The notes under the pieces are model-generated. The model saw only the letters and a list, made by a program, of their open reading frames with translations. It did not search any database and was not told where the DNA came from. A stretch of 64,000 nucleotides of DNA from a virus, in the IMG/VR virus record IMGVR_UViG_3300029566_000004. One strand, given 5' to 3'. How positions within the stretch are numbered: the stretch's first letter is position 1; each line of letters opens with the position of its first letter. This document shows, one piece after another, positions 33,436 through 43,679 of the stretch. The translations under genes were made by a program, and so were the position numbers.

Positions 33436-33739
33436 CGATGGTTTCCTCCTCTGCTGTTATAATTGGATTTGTGATAGGATCGTAGTTATCACTTATATCA
33501 ACATGACACATATTTTTTAATTTACGACGACCTTCACGATTATTTACTCCATGATTAATCACTTTTAAGAATGCTTTTGCGAGTGACTCATTTTCTTCAC
33601 GAGCCTCTTTTAACATATTTTCTACATCGACGAGATAATCTGTTAAAATTCCTACATTCTTATTATATTCTGCGTCTTTTGGCGCATATAAAGTAACCGC
33701 CATCAGAGCATCAATTACTTCTTGTTGTTTATGTTTCAT
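33380..33739 (-). CDS. Hypothetical protein (119 aa)
   Basis: Intact track ORF in operon; overlaps its neighbours by a few codons. Confidence 0.5.
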   Translation of the reverse strand: MKHKQQEVIDALMAVTLYAPKDAEYNKNVGILTDYLVDVENMLKEAREENESLAKAFLKVINHGVNNREGRRKLKNMCHVDISDNYDPITNPIITAEEETIDESTISVDTTKESEAESD

Positions 33740-34839
33740 AATATTATTCTCTCCTTAAATAATTGCATAAATTTTTCTGGGCCTTCATCGGTTGGGCTCG
33801 CTTTATATGAAGTAATTAAATGTTTATCAAAAATAAAGGATATTAATACTTCATTTTTATATTTTTTATGTAAACCTAAAAGTTTTGCTTTTAAACGTTT
33901 AAATTCACTATCACCTAACTCTTGGAATTGTCGGTCAAAAGCAATAATAATTTCTTGCACTCTATCTTCAATCAATAACTGTATTTGATATGATGATACA
34001 CTGCTACCACAGCATGCAACCGATATATCATTTTCCAAACCAAAATAACTTTGAAATTGTAGAGTGGATTTTTCACTTTCAAAAACAATAGCTTTACCCA
34101 TACGCTTTATATTGTCTTTTGAATTATTAAGGTTATATAAATTTAATCCAAGAGAATGATTATATTGTTGTTTATTAATAATCATTGGACGATATTTACC
34201 AAATCGTTCTGCATCTTCTTTGACCATCGTTCGTCCGCGCAGGCCTATAAATCGACCATCTTTATCAAAATGAGGAATACTAATTTGATCAGTAGAAAAA
34301 TTATATCCTATTTGCGCATGCGCTAATATCTATGGTTTAATATGATCATTAATCCAAGGCGTTAAATAATTCGGATTAATTGCCAATGGTCCCAATATGC
34401 GTTTATCATATTCTTTTAATTGCGGTACTTGATTTACTGTTGGAATATCATTAATCTTATCATATGCAATTAAATATTGCCAATCTGTTAAACCAAGATC
34501 TTCTGTATCACCTAAATCAATAACTATATTAAATTTAGCAGCAAGATAACGCACCGCATCATTTAAATCCATTTTGCGATTAGATTGAATTTGAGCAACT
34601 TTAATTGTTAATTCAAATATATCAAAAGCGCAATCACAATCAGTATAACATTTAAATAAATCACTATTTTCGTAAAAATAGAGTTTTCTACTTCCTTCTC
34701 CAGGCGGATTATGACAGATGGTATCAGAGATAAAACCAAAAGGGGTGAACTCTGGATTGCCACCCCATTCAGTTACTAATTGAAAGTAGTCATCAATGGA
34801 TAACTCTTCTCGAATTGCCTTCTTATCATAATCTTGCAT
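33736..34839 (-). CDS. dnaG: DnaG-type DNA primase (zinc-binding plus TOPRIM), one in-frame TAG
   Basis: Track ORFs 34330..34839 (Cys/His zinc-binding region CHNPPGEG..CYTDCDC) and 33736..34227 (TOPRIM: IVFESEKS, IIAFD) share a frame. They are bridged by TAG 34330-34332 plus an open 100-nt segment. Confidence 0.7.
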
Positions 34840-34841
34840 AC

Positions 34842-35117
34842 TTAACCTTCAATGATGACTTTGCAACACCAGCCGAGAAGACCAAATTCTTTTGTGACAA
34901 CTTCACATAAAAATTCCATAGGTTTCATATTTGCTGGTTTTTGTTTGATATAAAATTTTGCCATATCTTTTGGCATCTTATATTCATAAGGATGACCATT
35001 TGCGTATGTGGGCATTGAAATTGAATCATCAACCCTGGGTGTTAATTTCTTTTTTGTAAATTTCTTTTGTGACGTACTCTTAGACTTTCGAGTAATAATA
35101 TTTTCACTAAAATTCAT
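34842..35117 (-). CDS. Hypothetical protein (91 aa)
   Basis: Intact track ORF; AAGGAGGA upstream. Confidence 0.5.
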   Translation of the reverse strand: MNFSENIITRKSKSTSQKKFTKKKLTPRVDDSISMPTYANGHPYEYKMPKDMAKFYIKQKPANMKPMEFLCEVVTKEFGLLGWCCKVIIEG

Positions 35118-35126
35118 ATATCCTCC

Positions 35127-35625
35127 TTAAAAAGCACTTGGCTCTTCTGTAAATATTTTTAAATCTTCTATCGATTGAATTGCATAATCATATGAAGTGC
35201 AAAACATTGGCTTAATACGACAACAGCCCAAATCTGCTTTACACCACAGATATATTCCTTTCCATCGTCCACGCCTATTTTTATATACTGATAATTTTAA
35301 ATTCGGTGTATCAAACGTATTAGAGCTTAAAATTGTCTGTAATGCTTCTAAATCTTCTGATTTAACTGGAAGATAAATACCACCCCAGTCAACTTTATCT
35401 GCAATAGCTTTTGCACCACGCAATAAGTTTTGGTCAGGAGTTGTAGCTTGTTGATAATCCATATTTAACTGCGTTGCAGACATTATAAAGATTCCATACT
35501 TATTACATATATCTTTAAGCCGAATGGAAAGCATGTATAAGATATTATCTTCTCGAAGTTTAATTCCGCCACTTCGACGAGTGATTTCTTCCAATATTTT
35601 AAGGGAAGTATGAATATAGTCGTGA
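35127..35625 (-). CDS. dnaB: DnaB-like replicative helicase, exon 2
   Basis: (F)HDYIHTS..IFIMSATQLN..LRGAKAIADKVD..YKNRRG (RecA-fold C-terminal motifs). Confidence 0.75.
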
Positions 35626-36665
35626 CACGTTATTCTCATATTTCTATGAGCGCTGACTATCTCTTACTACATAAAAATTTTTATGTAGGACACCTTTTCG
35701 GCATTTAACTGGCTTCGTTTCCTAAAACCAGACTACGTATCAATAGTAGCCCTACTCCCCCGTCCAGAAGACCTGGGGGATAGTCGATACAGCTTCTTTT
35801 TTTAGACGTTATTCCAAGTTCTATTTTTTATTATATCAGCGACTGTTGATCTAGAACATTTATATTCTTCTGCTAATTTACTATAAGATATTTTTTCATT
35901 TTGATATCTTTTTCTAATTTCATTAGCTATTTCCTAATTCATTTTTGTATGTCTTCCTTTTTCAATATAGTCTGGCATAATATTTTTATATCTTCTTCCA
36001 GACCAAATATTTAAAAATGAATTATAATGTAGTCGTTCTGAATATTTTTCTTTATAAATTTTACTTGGACTTTCTCCATTTTTATAAGCAATACGTAATT
36101 CTTTTATCTCGCTTGGGGTTAACTCTGCTTGCCCCCAAGTTAATTTTTCTTTCTATTCCAATGTTTTTGGCTTAGAAGCGTTTTTTCCTCCAATTTCAAT
36201 ATTATATCCATTTGGAATTAATGTATTATACTAAATAATATAATATTTTTCTAATTGATTTAATATATCTATATCGGGAATATCTTTAACTAATATTTCA
36301 TAAGTAAAATTTTCAAATCCATATTTTCTAAACGCTCTATGCAATGGTGAATTATATTCACTACTGTTTTCATTTTTATATGAACTTTTATGATTATTAT
36401 ATCTTTCATTTTTTGGACTAATTGATTGTCCTATATATTGCTTATTATTAATTTGATTTATAAATCGGTAAATAATTCCCATAAAATCAACTCCTTTCAA
36501 TATCGTATGAAAATAGTCAATTATATTTTAATTACTCCCGTCCAAAAAAAGTTTGCCACGGGATTCCCATGCATTACTGTTTAGGGTTCCCCGTTAGCCA
36601 CAATTGTGACCCCGCTGATTAGCGGAAAAGTGTTTCACTGTCCCGTCACCCTTTCAATAGGGTCG
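35626..36665 (-). mobile_element. Group I intron in the dnaB-like gene (1040 nt) with a GIY-YIG homing endonuclease gene
   Basis: Exon 1 ends ..GTG TT (U) and the intron ends ..ACGTG (G). R-like GTATCGACTA (35781-35790) and S-like AGATAGTCAG (35653-35663). Both flanks are about 85% identical to the thyX-like intron. Confidence 0.7.
35802..36482 (-). CDS. GIY-YIG homing endonuclease (226 aa) with three in-frame TAG
   Basis: ATG 36482 follows AAAGGAG. GIIYRFINQ..QYIGQS, ..YYII(TAG)YNTLIPNGYNI, C-terminal HTH-like region. TAG at 36231, 36153 and 35934. Frame checked triplet by triplet to TAA 35802-35804. Confidence 0.75.
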
Positions 36666-37696
36666 AACACGTATTTAATGTCATGATCACGGATATTTTT
36701 CTTAATTTTATCCTCAACGTCTTGTAGGGAGAAGTCAGGCAACTGTTCAATATATAGCGGGGCACTCGCAAGTACTGTGGCGGCTTCGCGGACTCTATCC
36801 TCTTCATCACCTTGATATTTTCCATTAATAATATGCTCCTCATTTACATTTGCTAAAAACGCAAGCATCATTGTTTGCAATTCTTCTATATCTTGCTCTG
36901 TACTTATATACAAAGTCGGTTCACAAGTTCCATTTTTAATCCATCCAAAAATTTCATCATAAATTTTATTACAAGAAATGAAACAAGCATCTGCAATCAT
37001 ACTACGAGATTTACCAACGCCAGTAGGAGCTGAACGCAGATAAAATTTCTTTAATCGTGCGCCTCTTGTAACTGTGTTGATAAGTGGACCATATAATGGT
37101 ACTCCAACTTCTGGATATGCTTTCAAGCGGTCAATTAATTCTAATGCCCCTTCTCCAGCTTGTGTTGCTTCGCCAAATTCATTATCTACATATTCAGCGC
37201 GAATAGACTCAATTTTCCCATCAACCTTGTTTGCAATATCTTCTAAGGTTGAATTATCTAACCATTCTTCTTGCATTTGTTTGCGTTTAGTATCTAAAAT
37301 ATTATCTGGGTCATAGATATCTGATACATCAATACCATATTTATCATATGCTCGCAATAATGACATTTTCTTCATTCTGCTATAATAATAATCAAATGCA
37401 TCAGGGATTGCCGCTTCAGATACTTTAGCTAACCATTCATTTCCCTTATTGTTTTTAAATACTGCTTCTGCCTTGGGGCGACTACTAAAAAAGTCAGCAA
37501 TATTTTCTAATGTAATTTTTTGTGCACCCAATTCATAAATTTTATATATAGCACCAAAGGTAACACGATGAAATTCATCAGGAAAATCTTCATCTGTGAT
37601 AGTATATTTATCTGTGAAGTCCAATAGACTAGGATTATTATAAACGCATCCAATAACTTGCATTATACTTGGAACATCAACATACTTACTTGCCAT
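36666..37696 (-). CDS. dnaB: DnaB-like replicative helicase, exon 1
   Basis: MASKYVDVPSIMQVIGCV start at 37696 after GAGGAG. Walker A SAPTGVGKS. Ends ..HDIKYVF. Exons sum to 509 codons in frame. Confidence 0.75.
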
Positions 37697-38198
37697 CAAT
37701 ATTCTCCTCATCTAAAAATGTAAAAACTTTTCTTTTTTTCATTGGTTCACGCTGTGGAGATTTTATAACTACCACAACTTCATTAGGTTTCTCAATTACC
37801 TTACCCTCATTTAATTTTTTAGCTAAATATAATTTATAATAATACTCTTTAGCTGCAGGATAAACATATGGTACAATACCAATAGTTGGATTAGCGAGAG
37901 TAGGACGATTATGTAAAATTTCAAAATAATAAAATAATGTGCGATATATGCCAGAATATGAAAAACCTAAACGGCTGATATATTCAGTTATTTGTTTTTG
38001 AATATTTGGATGAACATAATCCATTTTGAAAAGTTTTTTTACATATTCTTCTAATTCAATTTGTTCATGACGTTCGACAGGAATATTATTAATGCTACAT
38101 TGTTTGTGTGCATATCGTTTTGTGTTTTCAATCTTAATACACTCTTCTTTGTCCCTATCGAACATTTGACCGCAATAGTAACATTTTACTCGATGCAT
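37686..38198 (-). CDS. Zinc-ribbon protein (170 aa), unknown function (helicase-loader position)
   Basis: N-terminal CYYCG..HKQC. First gene after its promoter, immediately upstream of the dnaB-like gene. Confidence 0.5.
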   Translation of the reverse strand: MHRVKCYYCGQMFDRDKEECIKIENTKRYAHKQCSINNIPVERHEQIELEEYVKKLFKMDYVHPNIQKQITEYISRLGFSYSGIYRTLFYYFEILHNRPTLANPTIGIVPYVYPAAKEYYYKLYLAKKLNEGKVIEKPNEVVVVIKSPQREPMKKRKVFTFLDEENIDGK

Positions 38199-38216
38199 AC
38201 ATCCTCCTTCATTATT

Positions 38217-38245
38217 ATTATAACATAATTTTATAAAAAAATCAA
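38217..38245 (-). promoter_or_regulatory. Early promoter (TTGATT-N17-TATAAT)
   Basis: -35 at 38240-38245 overlaps the U-tract of the upstream terminator. -10 at 38217-38222. Confidence 0.6.
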
Positions 38246-38272
38246 CTCACAGTTATAATAACCGTGAGTTGA
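38242..38272 (-). terminator. Rho-independent terminator after the AAA_24 ATPase gene
   Basis: 9-bp stem TCAACTCAC / GTGAGTTGA, followed on the minus strand by TTTTTTTAT. Confidence 0.7.
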
Positions 38273-38285
38273 CCGAAATTATCTG

Positions 38286-39281
38286 TTATGAAAGCTGCTT
38301 TAAGTCGTATATAATAAGGTCAAGTTCTGCAGCCTGTGCCGGTGTGCATTCTCCAACCTTCTTTCCAACTCCAAGATGACTCTCTACAATTTTTGTAATT
38401 TTCTGAGCCATAGTTGGACTATTGGTCTGCATTAAATGTCCAACGATGGACTGGAATTCATCCATTAATGCATTAAAGTTATAAGAAGTAGTTGGGGCCT
38501 CACGATTTGCTTTTTCATCCGTAACAAAATTGTTACTATGTTCAGCAGCTTCTTTATCAATTGCTTCACCAATTGCATTCACTAGTGAATCATAATTAAA
38601 ATCAATTACTGCAGGGATATACTTAAAACGAGAACCAGCGATAAAGCGAGGAGTTCCACGCATAAAGAGTTTAGTTACAACTTCGCCATTTTCAGCTTGA
38701 ACTTCACGAGCATAACCAATGATATCACAAGTACGTTCACAAACTAAACGACCACGAGTATCCAGAGTGGGAACCATCTGATTAAACTCTGTACCAGTTT
38801 CATCCTTAAATGTCTTATCAACATCGTGACTAATTATAACAAGACCGTAATCCATCTGAATAATCTTACGAAGACATTCATCAAATTCTTGCATAACGAG
38901 CTTATATCCTTTACCATAGGGGATATCACCGATTGCTTCATAAGTAACTTTTTCATTACTCTCTTGTGAGCAAATAGCCTTTTCGCAATAACCATATGCG
39001 ATATCTGCAGTATCAATAATAACTGTTTTGAACAGCTCTTTGACTTCTGGGTCATTTAATTCACGTAAAGTTTTCTTAAATTCAGACCAAGAATTAATAG
39101 GCTTTACCATAATTCCGGGAATTGCATTATAGCCTTTTTCGAAAGCAAGCAATAACGCACCAGGAAATTTAGAGGCAACAGTGGTCTTTCCACTCTTTGC
39201 AGCGCCATAGAAAAATACTGAATACCCTCTTAAATCTCGACTAACTTTATGTGGTTTAATACTCAATAATGAATTTGCCAT
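38286..39281 (-). CDS. AAA_24-family (Sak4-like) ATPase
   Basis: Walker A GAAKSGKTT, Walker B VIIDTAD. 331-aa intact ORF. Confidence 0.7.
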   Translation of the reverse strand: MANSLLSIKPHKVSRDLRGYSVFFYGAAKSGKTTVASKFPGALLLAFEKGYNAIPGIMVKPINSWSEFKKTLRELNDPEVKELFKTVIIDTADIAYGYCEKAICSQESNEKVTYEAIGDIPYGKGYKLVMQEFDECLRKIIQMDYGLVIISHDVDKTFKDETGTEFNQMVPTLDTRGRLVCERTCDIIGYAREVQAENGEVVTKLFMRGTPRFIAGSRFKYIPAVIDFNYDSLVNAIGEAIDKEAAEHSNNFVTDEKANREAPTTSYNFNALMDEFQSIVGHLMQTNSPTMAQKITKIVESHLGVGKKVGECTPAQAAELDLIIYDLKQLS

Positions 39282-39301
39282 AATTTACTCCTTTTCTAAA
39301 A

Positions 39302-39318
39302 AGGCAAGAAACTTGCCT
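39302..39318 (-). terminator. Short intra-operon hairpin (attenuator/terminator candidate)
   Basis: AGGCAAG-AAA-CTTGCCT, followed by TTTT on the minus strand, between the SSB-like and AAA_24 genes. Confidence 0.4.
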
Positions 39319-39326
39319 CTATTTCA

Positions 39327-40280
39327 TTAGAACTTAAAGTCACCAGTTGCAGGAACAGTGGTTGTCTTAATCGCATTAGCTTGATTGGCTCTCCATTCAG
39401 CCGTACGCTGTTTCTTTGCTGCAAGTTCCATTTCTCTATCACTCATTGCCTTTTTGAGTTCATTTACAGTAATAGTATCTTCACTATCCCATTCATAAGC
39501 TTCGGCACGCGCGCCAGTGATAACCCAGTCCTTACGACTGTGACTAATTTCACGAATAGAAGGCTCGCCAAATGCAGATTCCTCTGTAATTGTGCGAGTT
39601 ACTGTGGCAGATACTTGATTACCCCAAATATTAGTAAATACGGGTTCTTTAGAGCTAGCGCCTAAACTAAGGAAATAATTAATTGCATTAGGATTGGTTG
39701 CAATAAAATCTACAGGGAGCAGAACATTACGGAAATCAAAAATACAACCCTTAACAATAAGACCATCAGGAATATTTTTATCGGGGTCGCCTTCGCGCTC
39801 AGTAGTTCCTGTGATAATCATATCAACTTTGAAAGTATTACGACGCTTCTCATCAGCATCAAGATTATTATCAGTAATAATATGGATAAAGCCACCTTCA
39901 TTACGCTTTGTACTTACCAAAGTTTCCTCATCTTTAGTAGTAGTATCATACCATTCATTTAAACCGATTGCAGAATCAATACGAATACGTGCAGCTTCAT
40001 TCCAATCAGAATCCATAACAGTTTTAATCTTACCGTTAAGAATATCCATAAGAATAGGATAATTTGGGTTTTTCTTAGTCTTATTGGGATAAGTGGGTGC
40101 AACATAGGTAAAATGAACAGATACAATATTAGTATGATTATTATCAGTAGCAATATCAATAGTGCCAGTTACATATGGGGTGCCAGGGTTTTTAGATTCT
40201 TTACTAGATTCCTTAGCCTCAAGTTTATGTGCATATAAAATTCCTTCAATATGTGTCTAATTAATCATATTTTTCTTCAT
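39327..40280 (-). CDS. Putative ssDNA-binding protein (317 aa), TAG at codon 8
   Basis: ATG 40280 follows AAAGGAGAAG. MKKNMIN(TAG)THIEGILY.. continues in frame into track ORF 39327..40049. Function is inferred from position next to AAA_24 only. Confidence 0.5.
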
Positions 40281-40323
40281 AATTATCAGCTTCTCCTTTA
40301 ATTTATTTTCATTCTGTATTATT

Positions 40324-40352
40324 ATTATAACAAATTTTTTATTTTTTTTCAA
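40324..40352 (-). promoter_or_regulatory. Early promoter (TTGAAA-N17-TATAAT)
   Basis: -35 at 40347-40352, -10 at 40324-40329. Confidence 0.55.
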
Positions 40353-40355
40353 TCT

Positions 40356-40786
40356 TTACTTAGATATTTCATCTCCAAAAAGCAGAACATCCGCATAAGG
40401 TAACTGTCGTGCAAACTTCATAAAATCTTTCGACCATTCAGTTAATTTATGGTATCTACGCTGAGTTGGCAAACACATTTCATAAAGATTTTCATAATTC
40501 ATAGTGACTGTACGAGTTTGCAAAAAACTTTCTGGCAACCAACGAATCAATTCTTTCCAATATTTCTTATCTTTTGTTTCAAGATATTTTTGACGTAATG
40601 ATTCACAAATATTAATTATAGTTTTTGCTGCTGATTCATTTAATCCAGTTTCAATTTCATGCATTACATCAGAATGATAGTCATCAATTTCAAAACAATC
40701 TAATGTAATTGGTTTACTTGTAAGTTTATGCATAGTAGAAGTCGAGTTAGCAGTAGTACCTACTTTATAAGTATCAAATTCTTTCC
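40356..40786 (-). CDS. ThyX-like (Thy1-fold) protein, exon 2
   Basis: (W)KEFDTYKVGTTANSTSTMHKL.. continues ..APLYW from exon 1. Confidence 0.6.
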
Positions 40787-41381
40787 CATTTATGGACTAT
40801 CTTTTACTCTCTAATGAGAGGATACCATTTCGGCATTTAATTAGCTTCGTTTCCTAAAACTAAACTACGTATCAATAGTAGCCCTACTTCCCTGCCCAGA
40901 AGGCCTTGGGAATAGTCTCTACAGGTTCATTTCAAACACACATTTTAAATATAAAACTTTACTCTACGTCTAAACTATAGCCTTCAATCTCGGCTTTAAT
41001 TTCAAGCTGGTACAAATATTGCCCCATAGCACTTGCTTGTGACTTCCACTGCTCCATAGGGCAATTTGGTTCAAAATCAAGCTTACCAGCTTCTCTCTTT
41101 ATAATCATTGAATGGAGTTTATTATACTTGTCCTTAACAAAATAATACTCTCCAATCGCCCTACTCTTATAATCATCAGATTTTAGTAATTCAATAATCC
41201 TATCAAACGTCATAGTAATTGCCTCCTTAAAATAACAAATCCTTAGTTTACAAGTTATATGTGTGTGTTTGAAATGTTTCCCACGGGATTCCAATGGGGG
41301 GTTCCCCGTTAGCTATATTTTACAAAAAATATAACCCTCGCTGATAGACGAGAAAAGTATTTCATTGGCAGAAAGAATTCT
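40787..41381 (-). mobile_element. Group I intron in the thyX-like gene (595 nt) carrying a non-nuclease ORF
   Basis: Exon 1 ends ..TAC TGG T (U) and the intron ends ..AAATG (G). R-like GTAGAGACTA (40913-40922) and S-like AGATAGTCCA (40793-40802). Paralogous to the dnaB intron. Confidence 0.7.
40959..41213 (-). CDS. Intron-encoded 84-aa protein without recognisable homing-endonuclease motifs
   Basis: ATG 41213 follows TAAGGAGG. MTFDRIIELLKSDDYKSRAIGEYYFVKDKYNKLHSMI..; predicted helical. No GIY-YIG, LAGLIDADG, HNH or His-Cys motif seen. Confidence 0.5.
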   Translation of the reverse strand: MTFDRIIELLKSDDYKSRAIGEYYFVKDKYNKLHSMIIKREAGKLDFEPNCPMEQWKSQASAMGQYLYQLEIKAEIEGYSLDVE

Positions 41382-41772
41382 ACCAGTAGAGTGGAGCAGT
41401 AATATCAACAGATACTATAATTTGTCGCATAAATTTACGATGCTCTGGACCAGCCATAATAAGCTTATGAGCAAGATTTAAATCATCAGGACACAAAGCA
41501 GCATATTCTACATAACTACCATCAGTATGAATAATAGAACGCTGTGTAATATCTTTTACAGTCTTGGCATATAAAGTATCATAATCGGGATCGAGCATAT
41601 TTAAATGAGCTGCTTCCAACCATTTTGTCGCTAGACTCTATACAGTCGCACCGAATACAATAATAGGCTTAGTTCCAAATTCGCTTAAAGATTTATTCCA
41701 GCTATTATGAGGATTTCGCATTCCTCGAAATGCCCCCTCAAAATTAAACACTCTTATATTTTCAAATTTCAT
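41382..41772 (-). CDS. ThyX-like protein, exon 1, one in-frame TAG
   Basis: MKFENIRVFNFEGAFRGMRNPHNSWNKS.. TAG at 41638-41640. ..EHRKFMRQIIVSVDITAPLYW. Exons sum to 273 codons. Confidence 0.6.
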
Positions 41773-41995
41773 TTTTTAAATCTCCAGCATTTTCTATTAT
41801 TAAATTAATACCGCTATCAGAAGGTGAAGACATAGTTGTATAAGTGGAAGAAGTCCAGTTCGGATTTGTCAATATATAACTTATTCCCTTACTATGATAA
41901 CCTTCCTAAAAAGCTTCATATAATAACTATTTTAATTCATCGACTGTAAATGTAATTTTACCATCTTTGTCAGCTGTAAAAATTTTAATCATCAT
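41762..41995 (-). CDS. Hypothetical protein (77 aa) with two in-frame TAG
   Basis: ATGATG at 41995 follows GAGGT. Its TGA overlaps the thyX-like start. Not in the track because TAG fragments it. Confidence 0.45.
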
Positions 41996-42004
41996 AATTT
42001 TACC

Positions 42005-43045
42005 TCATTTAATACTATAACCAAATTCTTTTGCTCCAAAATAATTTTGCCAATAGATTTCTCGTTCATTTAAAAGTTCTGGAGGACATTCCTCGATTAC
42101 TTCAAACATAAAATTCTCAACACCATCGGCTTGCATAGCTGGATACAACTTATTGCGAGTTTGCGCTTCAGCGCCTAACCCGCGTTTTATGTGCTGGCGC
42201 CAACGGTCGGCAAAACGCACGCATTGACCTACATAGCACATTCCATTTAAAGTATTTGTAATTTTATAAATGCCCCCTACTTTATCACCAATTACACGAC
42301 CAATTAAATCGGTTGTAGGTTTTTCATAGTAACATTTATAAATTAATTTATTGAGAGTTTCTGGATTGTGTAAATACGGAGTGATACTTCGTAATTTTTC
42401 AATCTCCAATAGGTCAGTAGAAGGAATTTGTAACATATAGAAACTTTGCTGTTGCGCGTCAAGCATCATGCGTTTATAAGATTCAATGGCTGCCCGAGTT
42501 TTCTCTTGACATTCATTTAATCTATGGCGCTCTGATATAAATTGTTTGCGTAATTCTTTAATTTCATTTGCAAATTCTTCTTTTACTATTAAAAAATCTG
42601 ACCGATATTTATCAATTTCTTCTTGATAATTTTCGGCTTCTCGTTGAGCACTTTCCTCAAAGGAAGTTTCCATTCGCGCTTTAGCTTTATCATAAATTGC
42701 GCTGACGGCTTCTCTTGCCATTTCTTCAGTTGTTCGTGCATTAAAATCTAATTGACTAATGCGAGCATTAAGTTCAGCTTCTTCTGACTATAAAAAACCA
42801 ATGCTAAGATTAAGTGCATCTTCTCGTTCTTGTAAATCTCGGATAGTATTATTTTCCTGCTCAATGAGTTGAGAAGCTTCAAGCGCCTCAAGGCGCAAAT
42901 TGTCTCTCTATTCTTGTAGAATAGCAATCGACTTCTTCTATCGAATAATTGAGTGCTTTCTACTAAAATAAATATAAAAGTGTGCGCCGATGGAAATCAG
43001 ACTTATTGTTCCAAATATTATTAAAAGTGATAGTTCAATCGGCAT
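42005..43045 (-). CDS. Membrane-anchored coiled-coil protein with C-terminal GIY-YIG/T5orf172-like domain (346 aa), three in-frame TAG
   Basis: ATG 43045. N-terminal transmembrane helix (LSLLIIFGTISLISIGAHFYIYF). TAG at 42938, 42908 and 42788. C terminus GGIYKITN..CYVGQ..RWRQH..NE.EIYW. Confidence 0.6.
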
Positions 43046-43060
43046 AAGTTAAAAAATTAA

Positions 43061-43083
43061 GGGGCAGAAACTTGCCCTGCCCC
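43061..43083 (-). terminator. Rho-independent terminator
   Basis: GGGGCAG-N9-CTGCCCC, followed on the minus strand by TTAATTTTTT. Confidence 0.7.
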
Positions 43084-43104
43084 TATTTGAAAGACTTTAT
43101 TCGA

Positions 43105-43371
43105 TTACTCTTCCTCAGCATCGGGATCGAAAGCCATACCAGCATCATTAAGAGAGAGGAACTTGACTTGCTTATGGGTTCCATCCTCAAGCTCAATCTC
43201 AGCAACGGTACGAACACCCAGCTTCTTGCGCTGAATAGCAGAAGTAAAAATACCATCAACCTGACGCTTTTCGAGACCGAGAGCCTCAGCAACATCAGCA
43301 GCAGTAAGGTTAACACCCTTGTTTTCCTTTAGATAATTAAGAACATTCTTTGAATTCTCTTTCATAGCCAT
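43105..43371 (-). CDS. Small acidic-tailed protein (88 aa), monocistronic; possible DNA-binding protein
   Basis: Has its own promoter and terminator. C-terminal DPDAEEE. No motif recognised. Confidence 0.5.
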   Translation of the reverse strand: MAMKENSKNVLNYLKENKGVNLTAADVAEALGLEKRQVDGIFTSAIQRKKLGVRTVAEIELEDGTHKQVKFLSLNDAGMAFDPDAEEE

Positions 43372-43439
43372 AATACATTTTTCTCCTTTAGATTAAATAA
43401 TTTTTTATTATTTGTAGCATTTCTTTTGCTTACATTATT

Positions 43440-43468
43440 ATTTTACAAAAAATTTTTAAGAAAATCAA
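43440..43468 (-). promoter_or_regulatory. Early promoter (TTGATT-N17-TAAAAT)
   Basis: -35 at 43463-43468, -10 at 43440-43445. Confidence 0.5.
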
Positions 43469-43656
43469 GATTGATTGAGTATTTTTAAAACTTCTTCGTC
43501 AATCTTTTCCATATCTGCAAGATCACTATATCGATTGCAAATATCTATTATTTCTTTTTGAGCAGCATATCGCGCATTGGGGTCATCAGAGTTTCGCATA
43601 ATTAACTCAAGTTCAGCTAGCCGTTGCGCAATGCGCTTAATTTCGCGTTTCGTCAT
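43465..43656 (-). CDS. Hypothetical protein (63 aa)
   Basis: Intact track ORF with its own promoter. Confidence 0.45.
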   Translation of the reverse strand: MTKREIKRIAQRLAELELIMRNSDDPNARYAAQKEIIDICNRYSDLADMEKIDEEVLKILNQS

Positions 43657-43679
43657 ATTTATTCCTTATTTATATACTT

